Assembly: GCF_032191835.1 (NCBI RefSeq) | Contig: NC_083240.1 | Coordinates: 248,001 to 312,000 of the forward strand | Direction of reading: 5' to 3' | DNA: 64,000 nucleotides | DNA from: Heteronotia binoei | Taxonomy: Eukaryota | Part shown: positions 19,001 through 31,000 of the stretch, piece by piece | Layout: every line of letters begins with the position of its first letter | How positions within the stretch are numbered: the stretch's first letter is position 1 | Translations under genes and position numbers: made by a program | Notes under the pieces: generated by a model | Told to the model about the DNA's origin: nothing | Databases searched by the model: none | The model's input: only the letters and a program-made list of their open reading frames with translations

Positions 19001-22000
19001 CTCTAACTGGCCACCCAAGTTGAGCACTAAGAACTCTAGCCAGATGCTGGGCAGCAGAAGGGACGAGCAGGCTCAGCAAGCACCCCCCCCACCCCCTCGA
19101 CCAAATGACACTGCATCCGCAACAGTCCTTTGTGCCCTGAGCCAAGGCTAGTGCCAGGCAGGCTCCTTAGAATCCTGCCCCAATGGCTGGCCATCAAAAC
19201 GACATCATAATATACTGCCCTGACCGGGGACAGCCCAAGCTGGCCAGATTTGGGAAGCTAAGGCAGCCTGGTGTTTGTGGGAGACCTCCAAGGAAGATCC
19301 GGGTGGCTACACACAGGCAGAGGAAGCAAACCACCTCTACAACGTCTCTTGCCTTGAAAACCCTCAGAGGTTGCTGTAAGTCAAATGGAACTTGATCGCA
19401 TATATGAAGCTGCCTTATACTGAATCAGACACATGCCCCATCAAAGTCAGTATTGTCTTCTCAGACTGGCAGCGGCTCTCCAGGGTCTCAAGCTGAGGTT
19501 TTTCACACCTATTTGCCTGGACCCTTTTTTTGGAGATGCCAGGGATTGAACCTGGGACCTTCTGCTTCCCAAGCAGATGCTCTACCACTGAGCCACCGTC
19601 CCTCCCCTGGCACTTCTCTCACTCACACACACACCCCAATATATAAACAGGTCTTCAAACAAAAGCAGTATAAAAACAATCCATACAACAGAAGCTACAA
19701 AGCTCGTAAGATGAAACTCATATTGAAAAGCCCAACTTAAGAGGTGTGTTTTATCTGGGCACTTCACAGAAAAAAGGTGAGTCTCTGTGGTCCAGTCTCT
19801 AACCCCACTTGATTCACCTCTGCAGGCAGAGGCATGGAGAGCGGGGCTGCATGAGAGGTGGCTGTTGAGGCCTTCTGTTCTCCAGGGCTAACAACAATGC
19901 TGGGATACTTCTCTGGCTTCTGCATGCAGCTCTCATAACAGAGAGTGTGTGTGTGTACACACACGTATACCTTTAAAACTTAGGAAGGTTGCGGGCCTAG
20001 CTTGCCTGCGAAATTATAGAAGTTTGTATGCAAATACTAGAAGTGTTCGAAGTAAAACTGGTGAGTTGGAATGTTTAGTGTTGGGGGAAAACAGACGTTG
20101 TGGGAATTTCAGAAACATGGTGGAATGAGGAGAATAAGTGGGACACGGTGATTCCTGGATATAAGTTCTATCGGAAGGATAGGGAGGGAAGGGTTGGAGG
20201 TGGGGTGGCTCTGTATGTCAGAGAGGGTATATGGTCCAGTAAGACTGAGGTCAGAGAATTAGATTCCCTTCTAGAAATGCTTTGGGTTGAAATAGAGGGC
20301 CCAAAAGGAAATTTAACTATGGGAGTTTGTTATCGCCCACCAAATCAAAAGAGAGAGGACAATTGTAATATGATGGAAGGATAAAAGATAGTGGCTAAAC
20401 GTAAAAACTGTGTCGTAATAGGTGATTTTAACTACCCGCAGATTGATTGGGTCAATATGTGTTCTGGTCGAGAGAAAGAGACTGAGTTTCTTGATGCTCT
20501 CAATGACTGTGCTATGGAGCAGATGGTCTCAGAACCTACCAGGGGTGGGGTGATCCTGGATTTAGTCGTAAGTAATGCCCAAGACTTGGTGAGAGATGTG
20601 AAAGTGATCGCACCACTTGGATGCAGTGACCATAATGTTATTGATTTCACCATTTGTATAAATAGAGAGTTGCCCCAAAAGACCAGCAAACCATGTTTAA
20701 CTTTAAAAGGGGTAAATTCTCTGAGATGAGGAGGCATGTGAAGAGGAAACTGAAAGGAAAGGTAGATACAGTCAAAACCCTTGGGGAAGCTTAGAGGCTA
20801 TTTAAAACTACAATCCTAGAAGCTCAGATAAAATATATACCACAAGTTAGGAAAGGCACAAACAGGTATAAGAAAAGGCCTGCATAGTTAACACACAGAG
20901 TTACGGAAGCTGTAAAAGTTAAGAAGGACTCCTTTAAGCGGTGGAAAGCTAGTCCAAGTGAGATTAATAAAAGGGAACACAGGCTGTGGCAAATCAAATG
21001 CAAGACTATGATCAGGCAGGCAAAAAGGGACTATGAGGAGCATATTGCAAAAAAAATAAAGACCAACAATAAAAATTTCTTCAAATATATTAGAAGCAGG
21101 AAACCAGCCAGGGAGGCAGTGGGGCCCTTGGATGACCAAGGGGTAAAAGGATTACTGAAGGAGGATAGGGAAATGGCTGAGAAGCTAAATGCATTTTTTT
21201 CCTCCATCTTCACTGTGGAAGACAAGAAGTGTTTGCCTGCTCCAGAACCACTAATTTTGGAAGGGGTGTTGAAAGACCTGAGTCAGATTGAGGTGACAAA
21301 AGAGGAGGTCCTACAACTGACAGACGAATTAAGAACTAATAAGTCACCAGGTCTGGATGGCATACATCCAAGAGTTCTGAAAGAACTCAAAGCTGAACTT
21401 GTAGATCTTCTGACAAAAATATGTAATCTTTCATTGAAATCTGTCTCCATTCCTGAGGACTGGAAGGTAGCAAATGTCACCCCCATCTTTAAAAAGGGTT
21501 CCAGAGGAGATCCGGGAAATTACAGGCCAGTCAGTCTGACTTCAATACTGGGAAAGTCAAGGACAGAATGAGTAGGCACACTGATGAACACGGGTTATTG
21601 AGGAAGACTCAGAATGGGTTCTGTACAGGAAGATCTTGCCTCACTAACCTGTTACATTTCTTTGAGGGGGTGAACAAACATGTGGACAAAGGAGACCCAA
21701 TAGATGTTGTTTACCTTGACTTCCAGAAAGCTTTTGATAAAGTTCCTCATCAAAGGCTCCTTAGAAAGCTCAAGAGAGAGCCAGTTTGGTGTAGTGGTTA
21801 AGTGAGCAGAGTCTTATCTGGGAGAACCGGGTTTGATTCCCCACTCCTCCACTTGCACCTGCTAGCATGGCCTTGGGTCAGCCATAGCTCTGGCAGAGGT
21901 TGTCCTTGAAAGGGCAGCTGCTGTGAGAGCCCTCTCCAGCCCCACCCACCTCACAGGGTGTCTGCTGTGGGGGAGGGAGATAAATGAGATTGTGAGCCGC

Positions 22001-25000
22001 TCTGAGACTCTTCGGAGTGGAGGGCGGGATATAAATCCAATATCTTCTTCTTCAAGAGTCATGGAGTAAAAGGACAGGTCCTCTTGTGGATCAAAAACTG
22101 GCTAATTAATAGGAAGCAGAGAGTGAGTATAAATGGACAGTCTTTGCAGTGGAGGACGGTAAGCAGTGGGGTGCCGCAGGGCTCAGTACTGGGTTCCATG
22201 CTCTTCAACTTGTTCATAAATGATTTGGAGTTGGGAGTGAGCAGTGAAGTGGCCAAGTTTGCAGATGACACTAAATTGTTCAGGGTGGTGAGAACCAGAG
22301 AGGATTGTGAGGAACTCCAAAGGGATCTGTTGAGGCTGGGTGAGTGGGCGTCAACATGGCAGATGAGATTCAATGTGGACAAGAGCAAAATAATGCACAT
22401 TGGGGCCAAGAATCCCAGCTACAAATACAAGTTGATGGGGTGTGAACTGGCAGAGACTGACCAAGAGAGAGATCTTGGGGTCATGGTAGATAACTCGCTG
22501 AAAATGTCAAGACAGTGTGCAATTGCAATAAAAAAGGCCAACGCCATGCTGGGAATTATTAGGAAGGGAATTGAAAACAAATCAGCCAGTATCATAATGC
22601 CCCTGTATAAATCGATGGTGCAGTCTCATTTAGAATACTGTGTGAAATTCTGGTCACCGCACCTCAAAAAGGATATTATAGCATTGGGAAAAGTGCAGAA
22701 AAGAGCAACTAGAATGATTAAAGGGTTGGAACACTTTCCCTATGAAGAAAGGTTAAAACGCTTGGGGCTCTTTAGCTTGGAGAAACGTCGACTGTGGGGT
22801 GACATGATAGAGGTTTACAAGATAATGCATGGGATGGAGAAAGGAGAGAAAGAAATACTTTTCTCCCTTTCTCACAATACAAGAACTCGTGAGCATTCGA
22901 TGAAATTGCTGAGCAGTCGGGTTAAAATGGATAAAAGGAAGTACTTCTTCACCCAAAGGGTGATTAACATGTGGAATTCACTGCCACAAGAGATGGTGGA
23001 TGGCTACAAGCATAGCCAGCTTCAAAAGGGGGTTAGATAAAAATATGGAGCAGAGGTCCATCATTAGCCACAGTGTGTATATATATATGTGTGTTGTCTG
23101 TGTGTGTGTATATATATATATATATAATTTTTTTGGCCACTGTGTGACACAGAGTGTTGGACTGGATGGGCCATTGGCCTGATCCAACATGGCTTCTCTT
23201 ATGTTCTTATGTACGTAAGCCCTCTTTAGATACGATGTCCACATGAGCTGAGAGTACCCGCCAACCATGTGCCTTGGAAGCTTGCAGTCCCCCGTGATGT
23301 TCACAGGCAACAAGGATTCTTCATCAGGTTCGACTTCCCATGTATGGAAGCTGTAAGCGCATGGAAACCCCACACACTGCCAGCTCACATCATTCCAGAT
23401 ACATGCTGATGATGGATTCCCAGCTGATGATGAATTCCCAGCTCTTGACAGTCTGCTTCTCTTTCTGAATGGCAGGCCTCGCTTCCATCAACCCCACGCA
23501 GCGGCCCAAGGCTGGCAAGCGCTGCTAGCCCCTCCCCACTCTTCCTGCCCAGTCAACGTGACTCAGCCCTGCCTTCTGAGCACACAGACCCCCTCCCTCC
23601 CCCCCAAACCAAGAGCCGCTTTGGAGGCACCTCGGTGGCAAGAGGAGGAGGGAACCAGAGAGGATTGTGAGGCACGCCAAACGGATTTGTCAAGGCTGGG
23701 TGAGTGGGCGTCAGCACGGCAAATGAGGTTCAACATGACCAAGTGCAAAGTAATGCACAATGGGGCCAAAAATGCTAACTATAAATACAAATTGATGGGG
23801 TATGAACTGGTGGACACTGACCAAGAGAGAGATCTTGGGGTCATGGTAGATAACTCATTGAAAATGTCAAAACAGTGTGCAATTGAAATAAAAAAAAAGC
23901 CAACGTCATGTTGGGAATTATTAGGAAGGGAATTGAAAACAAACCAGCCAGTGTCATAATGCCCCTGTATAAATCGATGGTGCAGCCTCATTTGGAGTAC
24001 TGTGTGCAATTCTGGTCACCACACCTCGAAAAAGATATTATAGCATTGGATAAAGTGCAGAAAAGAGCAACTAGAATGATTAAAGGGCTGGAGCACTTTC
24101 CCTATGATGAAAGGATAAAACGCTTGGGGCTCTTTAGCTTGGAGAAACGTCGACTGTGGGGTGACATGATGGAGGTTTACAAGATTATGCATGAGATAGA
24201 GAAGGTAGAGAAAGAAGTACTTTTCTCCCTTTCTCACAATATGAGAAGTCGTGGTCATTCAATGAAATTGCCGAGCAGTTGGGATAGAATGGATAAAAGG
24301 AAGTCCTTCTTCACCCAAAAGGTGATTAATATATGGAATTCACTGCCACAGGAAGTGGTGGCGGCTGCAAGCATATACAGCTTCAAGAGTGGATTGGATA
24401 AACATATGGAGCAGAGGTCCATCAGTGGCTATTAGCCACAGCGTACTGTTGGAACTCTCTGTCTGGGGCAGTGATGCTCTGTATTCTTGGTGCTTGGGAG
24501 GGCTTCTAGTGTCCTGGCCCCACTGCTAGACCTCCTGATGTCACCTGGTTTTTTTGGCCAGTGGGACACAGAGTTGTTGGACTGGATGGGCCATTGACCT
24601 GATCCAACATGGCTTCTCTTATGTTCTTATGTCTGGGGCAGTGATGCTCTGTATTCTTGGTGCTTGGGGGGGAACACAGTGGGAGGGCTTAGGGCTTATA
24701 GCGTCCTTTCCCCACTGATGGAACTCCTAATTGCACTTGGGTTTTTTGGCCACTGTGTGACACAGAGTGATGGACTGGATGGGCCACTGGTCTGATCCAA
24801 CATGGCTTCTCTGTGTTCTCCTGATGGCTGCCCTCTCCCTCAACCCGCCCACAGGGGGAGATATGAAAACTCAGCTCCGCAGTGCAGGAGTCCCCCCTCA
24901 TGTCCTCACCTGGGAGGGGGTCATGCTCCGGGAAGGCAGCCCCATGGAGGGAGCCCCTGAGAAGGAAGGCGGGCCAAGCTGAGCGGCTGGGTGATAGCTC

Positions 25001-28000
25001 CGGATGTCGCCGTACACCGTGCGGTAGTCATGGAAAGAGCTCCCGGCAGGATGCATGATCTGGACGCCGTGCGGCACCACCACTGGCTGGGTCAGAGGCA
25101 AGCCGGGCAGCTGGCCGCTGAGGAGGCGCCCCTCGCTGTGTGGAGAGTGAGCCAGTTTGACTTCCGAAGACTTGGGGGTCTCTTTGCCCGACTGGAGGGT
25201 CTTGGGGGCAGGCGGCGTCTTGACCGATCCCCCTTCCGGTGTTCTGGACTGCCGAGTCTCTGGGTGATGCTCGCTGCCCACTGCTGCCATGTGCGGGTGC
25301 ATCATCATCCTCACATCTCGGGGCACGTTGTACTGGTCCAGCCGAATGCCGGTCGGGTGCATGCGGAAGTCTGGCTGCATGACCAGCACGTCTGACTGCA
25401 CGGGAGCTGACCCCCGGCAGACGGTGTGGTGGTAGTGCATCTCCTCTTCTGGGGCATGCTGGGAAGGCAGAGGCGGCATGACGATCTCTCTGACCGAAGC
25501 CGGCTGAGGCGTGCTGGACCGCGGAGGCTGCAGAGCTGCCCGGGGAGAGTGGAGCGCTTCGGAGCGGATGCTGTAGGGCATGCCAGGCAGCGGGGGGGTG
25601 TTCATTCTCACTTCCCCTTGGGCGAGATGGCCCAGGGACACGGTCTGGGTGACGCTGTGGGGAGGCATGATGACAGACTGCTCCGGGTGCATGCTGGAGA
25701 TGTACTGAGGCACAGGGATGCCCGGGCAAGGAGACCCCTGAATCCCCAACATGACCGAGGCGGGCGAAGAGGGCCCCCCAGGGTGGCAGGCCCTTGGAAA
25801 CGGCGAAGGAGAATGCCCGCTCGCCCGAGGGGACAGGGGCTCCTGCTTCGAGACGCCCAAGTGAGGAACTGCCCGGTCGGCTGGGGTGCCGGGCCCCACG
25901 CTCACGTGGTTGGCGTCTGCGTGCATCTTGCCAGACATGGCGGGGTGGTGAGGGCCGACGCCAGGGCTCAGGCTTGAAGGCTGCAGGGCCTTGGACTCCA
26001 CCTTCATGGCCGTTGGGTCTGGAAGCTTCTTGTTGCTGGAAGCCATGCTCTGGGAGAGCACCATCTGGCTGTGGACCAGGATGGGTGGAGTGTTGCTGGG
26101 CTGGGAGAGGACCTTCACTGGGCCTGGCTGGGAAGCAGGTGCCAAGGGGGGAAGGTGCATGCCTTCGGACTTCTCCAAGCTGCCACGCTCTTGTTTAATG
26201 GAGGAGAGCACCGGGGAAGAGCCATACTGCTGAGTGCCCAGCACCAGGGCCGCAGGGGCAGCAGTGCTCCCATATCCCACTGAGGCCTGAGAGGCCTTGG
26301 GGGTTGGCTGGCCCGGCCCAAGAGGCTCCTGCTTTATTTGGGTCTTGGAGACGGACTGCTGGAACTCAATGTCCACAGCGCTTGCTGGAGGGATCTGGCT
26401 GATCTTGGCACTGATCCTCTGTGGCCCTTCCGTCTTCTGTCCCGAGTAGCTCAGCAGCACCACCCCTTCTGACGTGTTGACACGAAGGCCCGGGCTGGAG
26501 CCGCTCTCAGCTGGCCGGTCCTCAATAACGGGCATGGAGCCGGGGTGGAAGCGGCTCTCATCGTTGGCACTCAGCCTCTGCTTGTGCTTCAGAGGAAGGG
26601 AGCTGATGAGGCACGATGCTTGCGGTGGGGGCACTGGCTTCACCAGGGTGGCTCGGGGGGCTTCCTCCAGATCAATACTGGGGGGCATCCTGCTGATCAC
26701 AGACGTGGCCTTGGGAGCAACGACCGTCATGATCTTCTCCTTCTCCGTGAAGACTGGGGCCTCAGCAGCAGGGGGGTCCAAAGCATTTGGGGCAGGAACG
26801 GCTGGGTTCTCCTCTGTTCCTGGCCTCACCGCCTCTGTGGGGGGGTGAGGCGGCACCTCTTCCACACGAGGGGCGCTCACCGGTTCAACGATAGCCGTTG
26901 TGACGTGTGTAGACGCAATGCTGGTTGCAGACACATACTTGGGCTCCATCAGGATTTTCCGCAAGGTACTGGAATTGGTGTCGATATCGGAGGCCTTTGT
27001 ATCTGGGGGAAGAGCAGGAGGAGGGGTGGAGCGTGCCCGGGGCTCCTCGTGCTTCACAATCCATTCTGTCACCTTCGCTGGACTGGAGTGGAGGGGAACC
27101 AGCCCGGCAGAGACAGGGGTGACCAGCTTAGCTACAGCGGCTGAAGGAACGGCTGCCCCAGACGGGCTCAGGGCTCTTGGCGGCAGAGTTACAGCAGCAC
27201 TTTCGGCAGCTGAGTGCAGCTTCAGCCCCATTTGGCTCCCATCTTCGACAGGAAGTGGCAGAGGCAGCGGATTCCGTGGATCTGGAGGTTTGGGCAGGGG
27301 GCCACTTTCTGTCGCAAGCTCCTCCCGGGATGGAGTCTGGCTGCTGTTTGGAACGGTGGGTTCAGGGGAAGCCAGAGAAGAGCTTGGGCTGGGTTTGCCA
27401 TCTTTCGTGTCGTCTTCTGGTTTCCCTTTCACTTCATTGGCAACAGGGGATTTGCCTGCCACGCTTTCAGAATCAACGGCCCTCAGTTCGGCAGCATCTC
27501 CTTTTTTGCTTGCACTCCGCTTCCTCCTCGGCCGAGCGGTCTTCTGGCGGCCCCTTTCTTTCCGAGACCCATCAGTCTCCTGCGGGATTTCTGCTTCCTG
27601 TGCTGAGCCGGAAGACTCGCTGCTTAAACTCACTTCAGCCTCCTTGCTGGGGGCTGGGGGAGCAGGTGGGGCTGGGGGAGCAGGTGGCTCAGCTGCAGCT
27701 GCTGGATCCAAAATGTTGCTAACTGCCTGGTCTGTTTCCGGCTCCATGTCCTCTCGTGCAGCTGGCAGCACTAATGGTTCTGCAGGCATCTCAGGTTCCG
27801 ATTCCGCAGGATATGGTGGGGGAGCAGGGAAGCTTTCTGCCTCCACAGAAATGTCATTCATGATGGAGCCAATGGCTGCAGCCAGTTCTGTTTCGCTTGC
27901 CTGATGAGCAGGCTTGTCTCCTTCTTCTTCCTGGCGGACCTCAGCTACATCTGCTGCTTGCTCCTTATAGGCTGCAAGAGTTGGGCCTTCTGTGAGCTTG

Positions 28001-31000
28001 GCAATATTCTCCACTGCTTGTTCCAGTTCTATCTGCTTGGCCAACTGGACCGCTTCAGGCAACTGCGCTGGCTCACAGGGGGTGTCCTGACCTGTGTGCT
28101 GAAAGGCATCTTCTGCCTCACTCTTTGGGAAATGGGCAGGCAACTTGTCTTCCTTCGGGGGACTTTTGTTTCTGGGCGAGGATGGCAGGGGCTCCATCTC
28201 CTCTTCACTTGGCCGCAGAGCGCCTCTGACCTCATCCACATTGAGACGGATTTCGACACTTTTCAGGCTCTTAATCAAGGATGCTTTGTCAACAGCCTTG
28301 ATGTTTCGAGATCTTCCCCTCTTGGACTTGGTCATCCTCTCTGGGGGAGGTTTTCTTTCTACAATCTCAGTTGGGCAGGCTTCAGGAGGGCTTTTGTCCA
28401 AGTCAATGTCTTTCCTTTCTCGCTTCTGTTCACCAGCAGTGATTTCTTTGTCTGCCTTGATCTTGCTGCCATTTTCTCCTGCATTTGAACCATGGCCAGG
28501 TAGTTCAGATGGCTCTTCGGGATCTGCTGAGATCTCTACTTTTGGTTCTGCTCGGCCTTTCTTTCCTTGCTGACCAGGGGTAGCCGACAAATGGCTGTGT
28601 AGTAGCTTCTGGGATCTAGGGGATCTCCAGCCTTCCACAGGTTTAGGGGTTTCCACTACTTCTTTTGTTTCCATTTCTTCTGCTTCCAGCTGTACTGGCT
28701 CTGTCTTGATGGGAGAGACCTCCTCCTCAGGTTTGTGACGTGACTTTCGAGGTCGGCCTCTTTTGGGAGGAGTAGGGACAACTGTGGTCTCGGGGAGCTC
28801 TCTTTCAGCTCTTTTCCTGGTAGACCTGGTCAGCTCCACAGGATCCTTCACAGGCGAGGGACCTTCGTGGTCTCCTGGGGTAGCATAAACTGACCTGACG
28901 TTTCTGCGCCTTGTTCGGCTGATGGGCAAACTTGGCTCTGGGTTGTCTGGCTCTGCTGCTGCTGCTGCACTTGGGGATTTCGCTGCATTCTTCAAAGTCT
29001 TCTCTGCTTCTCCTTTCAACTCAAGAAGCTTCTGCGCCTCCCCACGGGGAGAGCCGGATCTTTTAAGTTTTTCACGGTCAATCCTTTCACTCTTCCTCGT
29101 GATAGGTTTATCAGTAATGTTTGCAAGAGCAGACTGGACAGGGGTTTTGGACCGCTTGTTCTTGCAAGGCCGTTTGTCTTTCACAACAACTGGAGGTTCA
29201 GTTTCCACCTCTGTGTCAGAAACTGCTGCTGGGATAACCTCAGCCCCGCCCTCTGCTTTCTGACTTGCAACAGGTTCTGGTCCAGGGGCCACGGAGACAT
29301 TGTCTTCTTTGGGTTCCAAGGGCTCCTCAGACACCGTGGCCAATAGTGGAGGGGCTGCAACTGCTTCTGGGTCTGTGCCAATATCTGTTTGGGAAAAAGA
29401 GGATCCAGGTGTAGGTGGCTTTGCATCCAAATACAAAGGGTTCTCCACAGAGACGGAGTCCTCCTCATGACCTGCAGTAGAAGGAGCAGCTTCTTCTGCA
29501 GCTGAAGGGGCTTCAAGAGGTGGCTCAGGCAGTTCCGCTTTCAAAGGAGCCACAAGCTCTGGAAGAGGCTCTTCTGCTTCAGGAGGCCTTTCTTCTCTAG
29601 AACAGGGCAGCTCAGCTGGTACTTTCTCACTTGTGGCCTTCTCTGGCTCTTGAAAGGCCAGGGCCACTGGCAACGGACCTCCTCCTAACACGGGAGACTG
29701 CTGCTCAGGCTCTTTCTTCTCAGGCACTGTCACCTCAGGTGTTTTGGGGCAGTTCTCCTTCTCTTCCTGCTTTTCAGCTTCTCTGGGTTTCTTGTCCTTT
29801 TCTTTCTCCTTCTGCTGCATGCGAGTGAGTTCCACGAACCTACTATGGAAGAGAACCACTGGCTCCTGCACCAAGACATCTGCGATGCTGTTGGTTCCAT
29901 CCAGAGAAGACTGTCTACCATACGGTCTACCAGAAAGGAAGTCCAGGTCTTCATCTTTCCTTTCCAAATGCTGCAAGCGTTTTGAGTCTTGTTCAAAGAT
30001 TGAGCTGTGTAAGAATCGTGAAGCAAACAACTCCTGCCTCTCTTGCTCCTCCTCTTTATGATCCTCTTTCTTATCGTCCAATTTCCCTTCAGAGTCAGTT
30101 TTAATTTTCTTCTTTTTCATATACCATGGCGGGATGGGCCTTGGAGTAGAATCCACTTTCTCTTTGTCCTTGTTGTTTCTAAAACTAGCAAATCTTGAGT
30201 CCCAGTCAAGAAATGACCAGTTTTCTTCCCTGGATGAGGAGAGAGACTTGGCTCTCTCCAGCAAGGCTTTTGTATCAGGCGTGATGGTTTTATCCAGCGC
30301 AAAAGAATAGAATTTGTTCCTCTCTAAGGAGATTGGCAGCCTTTCCTCCCTCTCACGTAGCTTTTCTTCCCTGTCCCTTAATAAAAAAGACAAGCGGGAG
30401 CTCTCCAGCAACACAGAGGCCTTGGGAGACCGGGCCTTGCTGTCGCCATCTTCATCAGAGTCTGAAGGCACCTCTCCTGGCTCCAGGTCTCGAATTGACC
30501 GTTTCCGAAGGCTGTCTCTTTTGATGGTGCTGCTAGGGAAGTTAATATCCACTCGGCCAGTCTCCAGTTTCAGGGGAGGCTCCCACCGGTTGGATTCCTC
30601 CTCGAAATTCAGGGAAGAGAGTTTTATTTTGGCCATTTCTGCCATCTGTTCTCTTTGACTGGAATCACAGAGATTAAGCTTCAGAGAATCCTCTCTAGCG
30701 GTCATATTAGAACATACAGGGCCCTTTTCATCTATTTTTGGTGATTCTTTGGCTTCTTTTAAAGGCATCAGCCTTGGGGAATCCAGCACCTCTTCCTCCT
30801 CATGGAAAGGAAAAGGTTTGAGGCTTGGAGAACAAGCAGTTCTCTCAGAATCTTCACTCACTTGGCGAGAGCTTCGATAGTTTCTCTCCCTCTTAGTGCT
30901 AATTTCAAAATCAAATGTGTCAGATGACTTCTTACGCTTACTGGGGGGAGAGTCATCAGTCACGTCTTGAGGGGGCTTCCCCACCTCATGAACCAGGCTA

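Noticed and set aside
19226-19607. tRNA and 5S rRNA genes
   Set aside because: Pol III-type heads are fused to LINE-derived tails and are degenerate; these are SINEs, not functional RNA genes (same for 21777, 33113, 55844, 63000-63460).
23405-23445. C/D snoRNA suggested by repeated TGATGA
   Set aside because: It is an ~18-bp tandem duplication (gctgatgatg.attccca); no terminal stem or properly spaced D box.
25028-28573. Long antisense or off-frame ORFs (e.g. 26900-27904, 334 aa)
   Set aside because: Shadow ORFs of the GC-rich SPEN exon 11; low-complexity S/G/A composition and no independent promoter or splice evidence.
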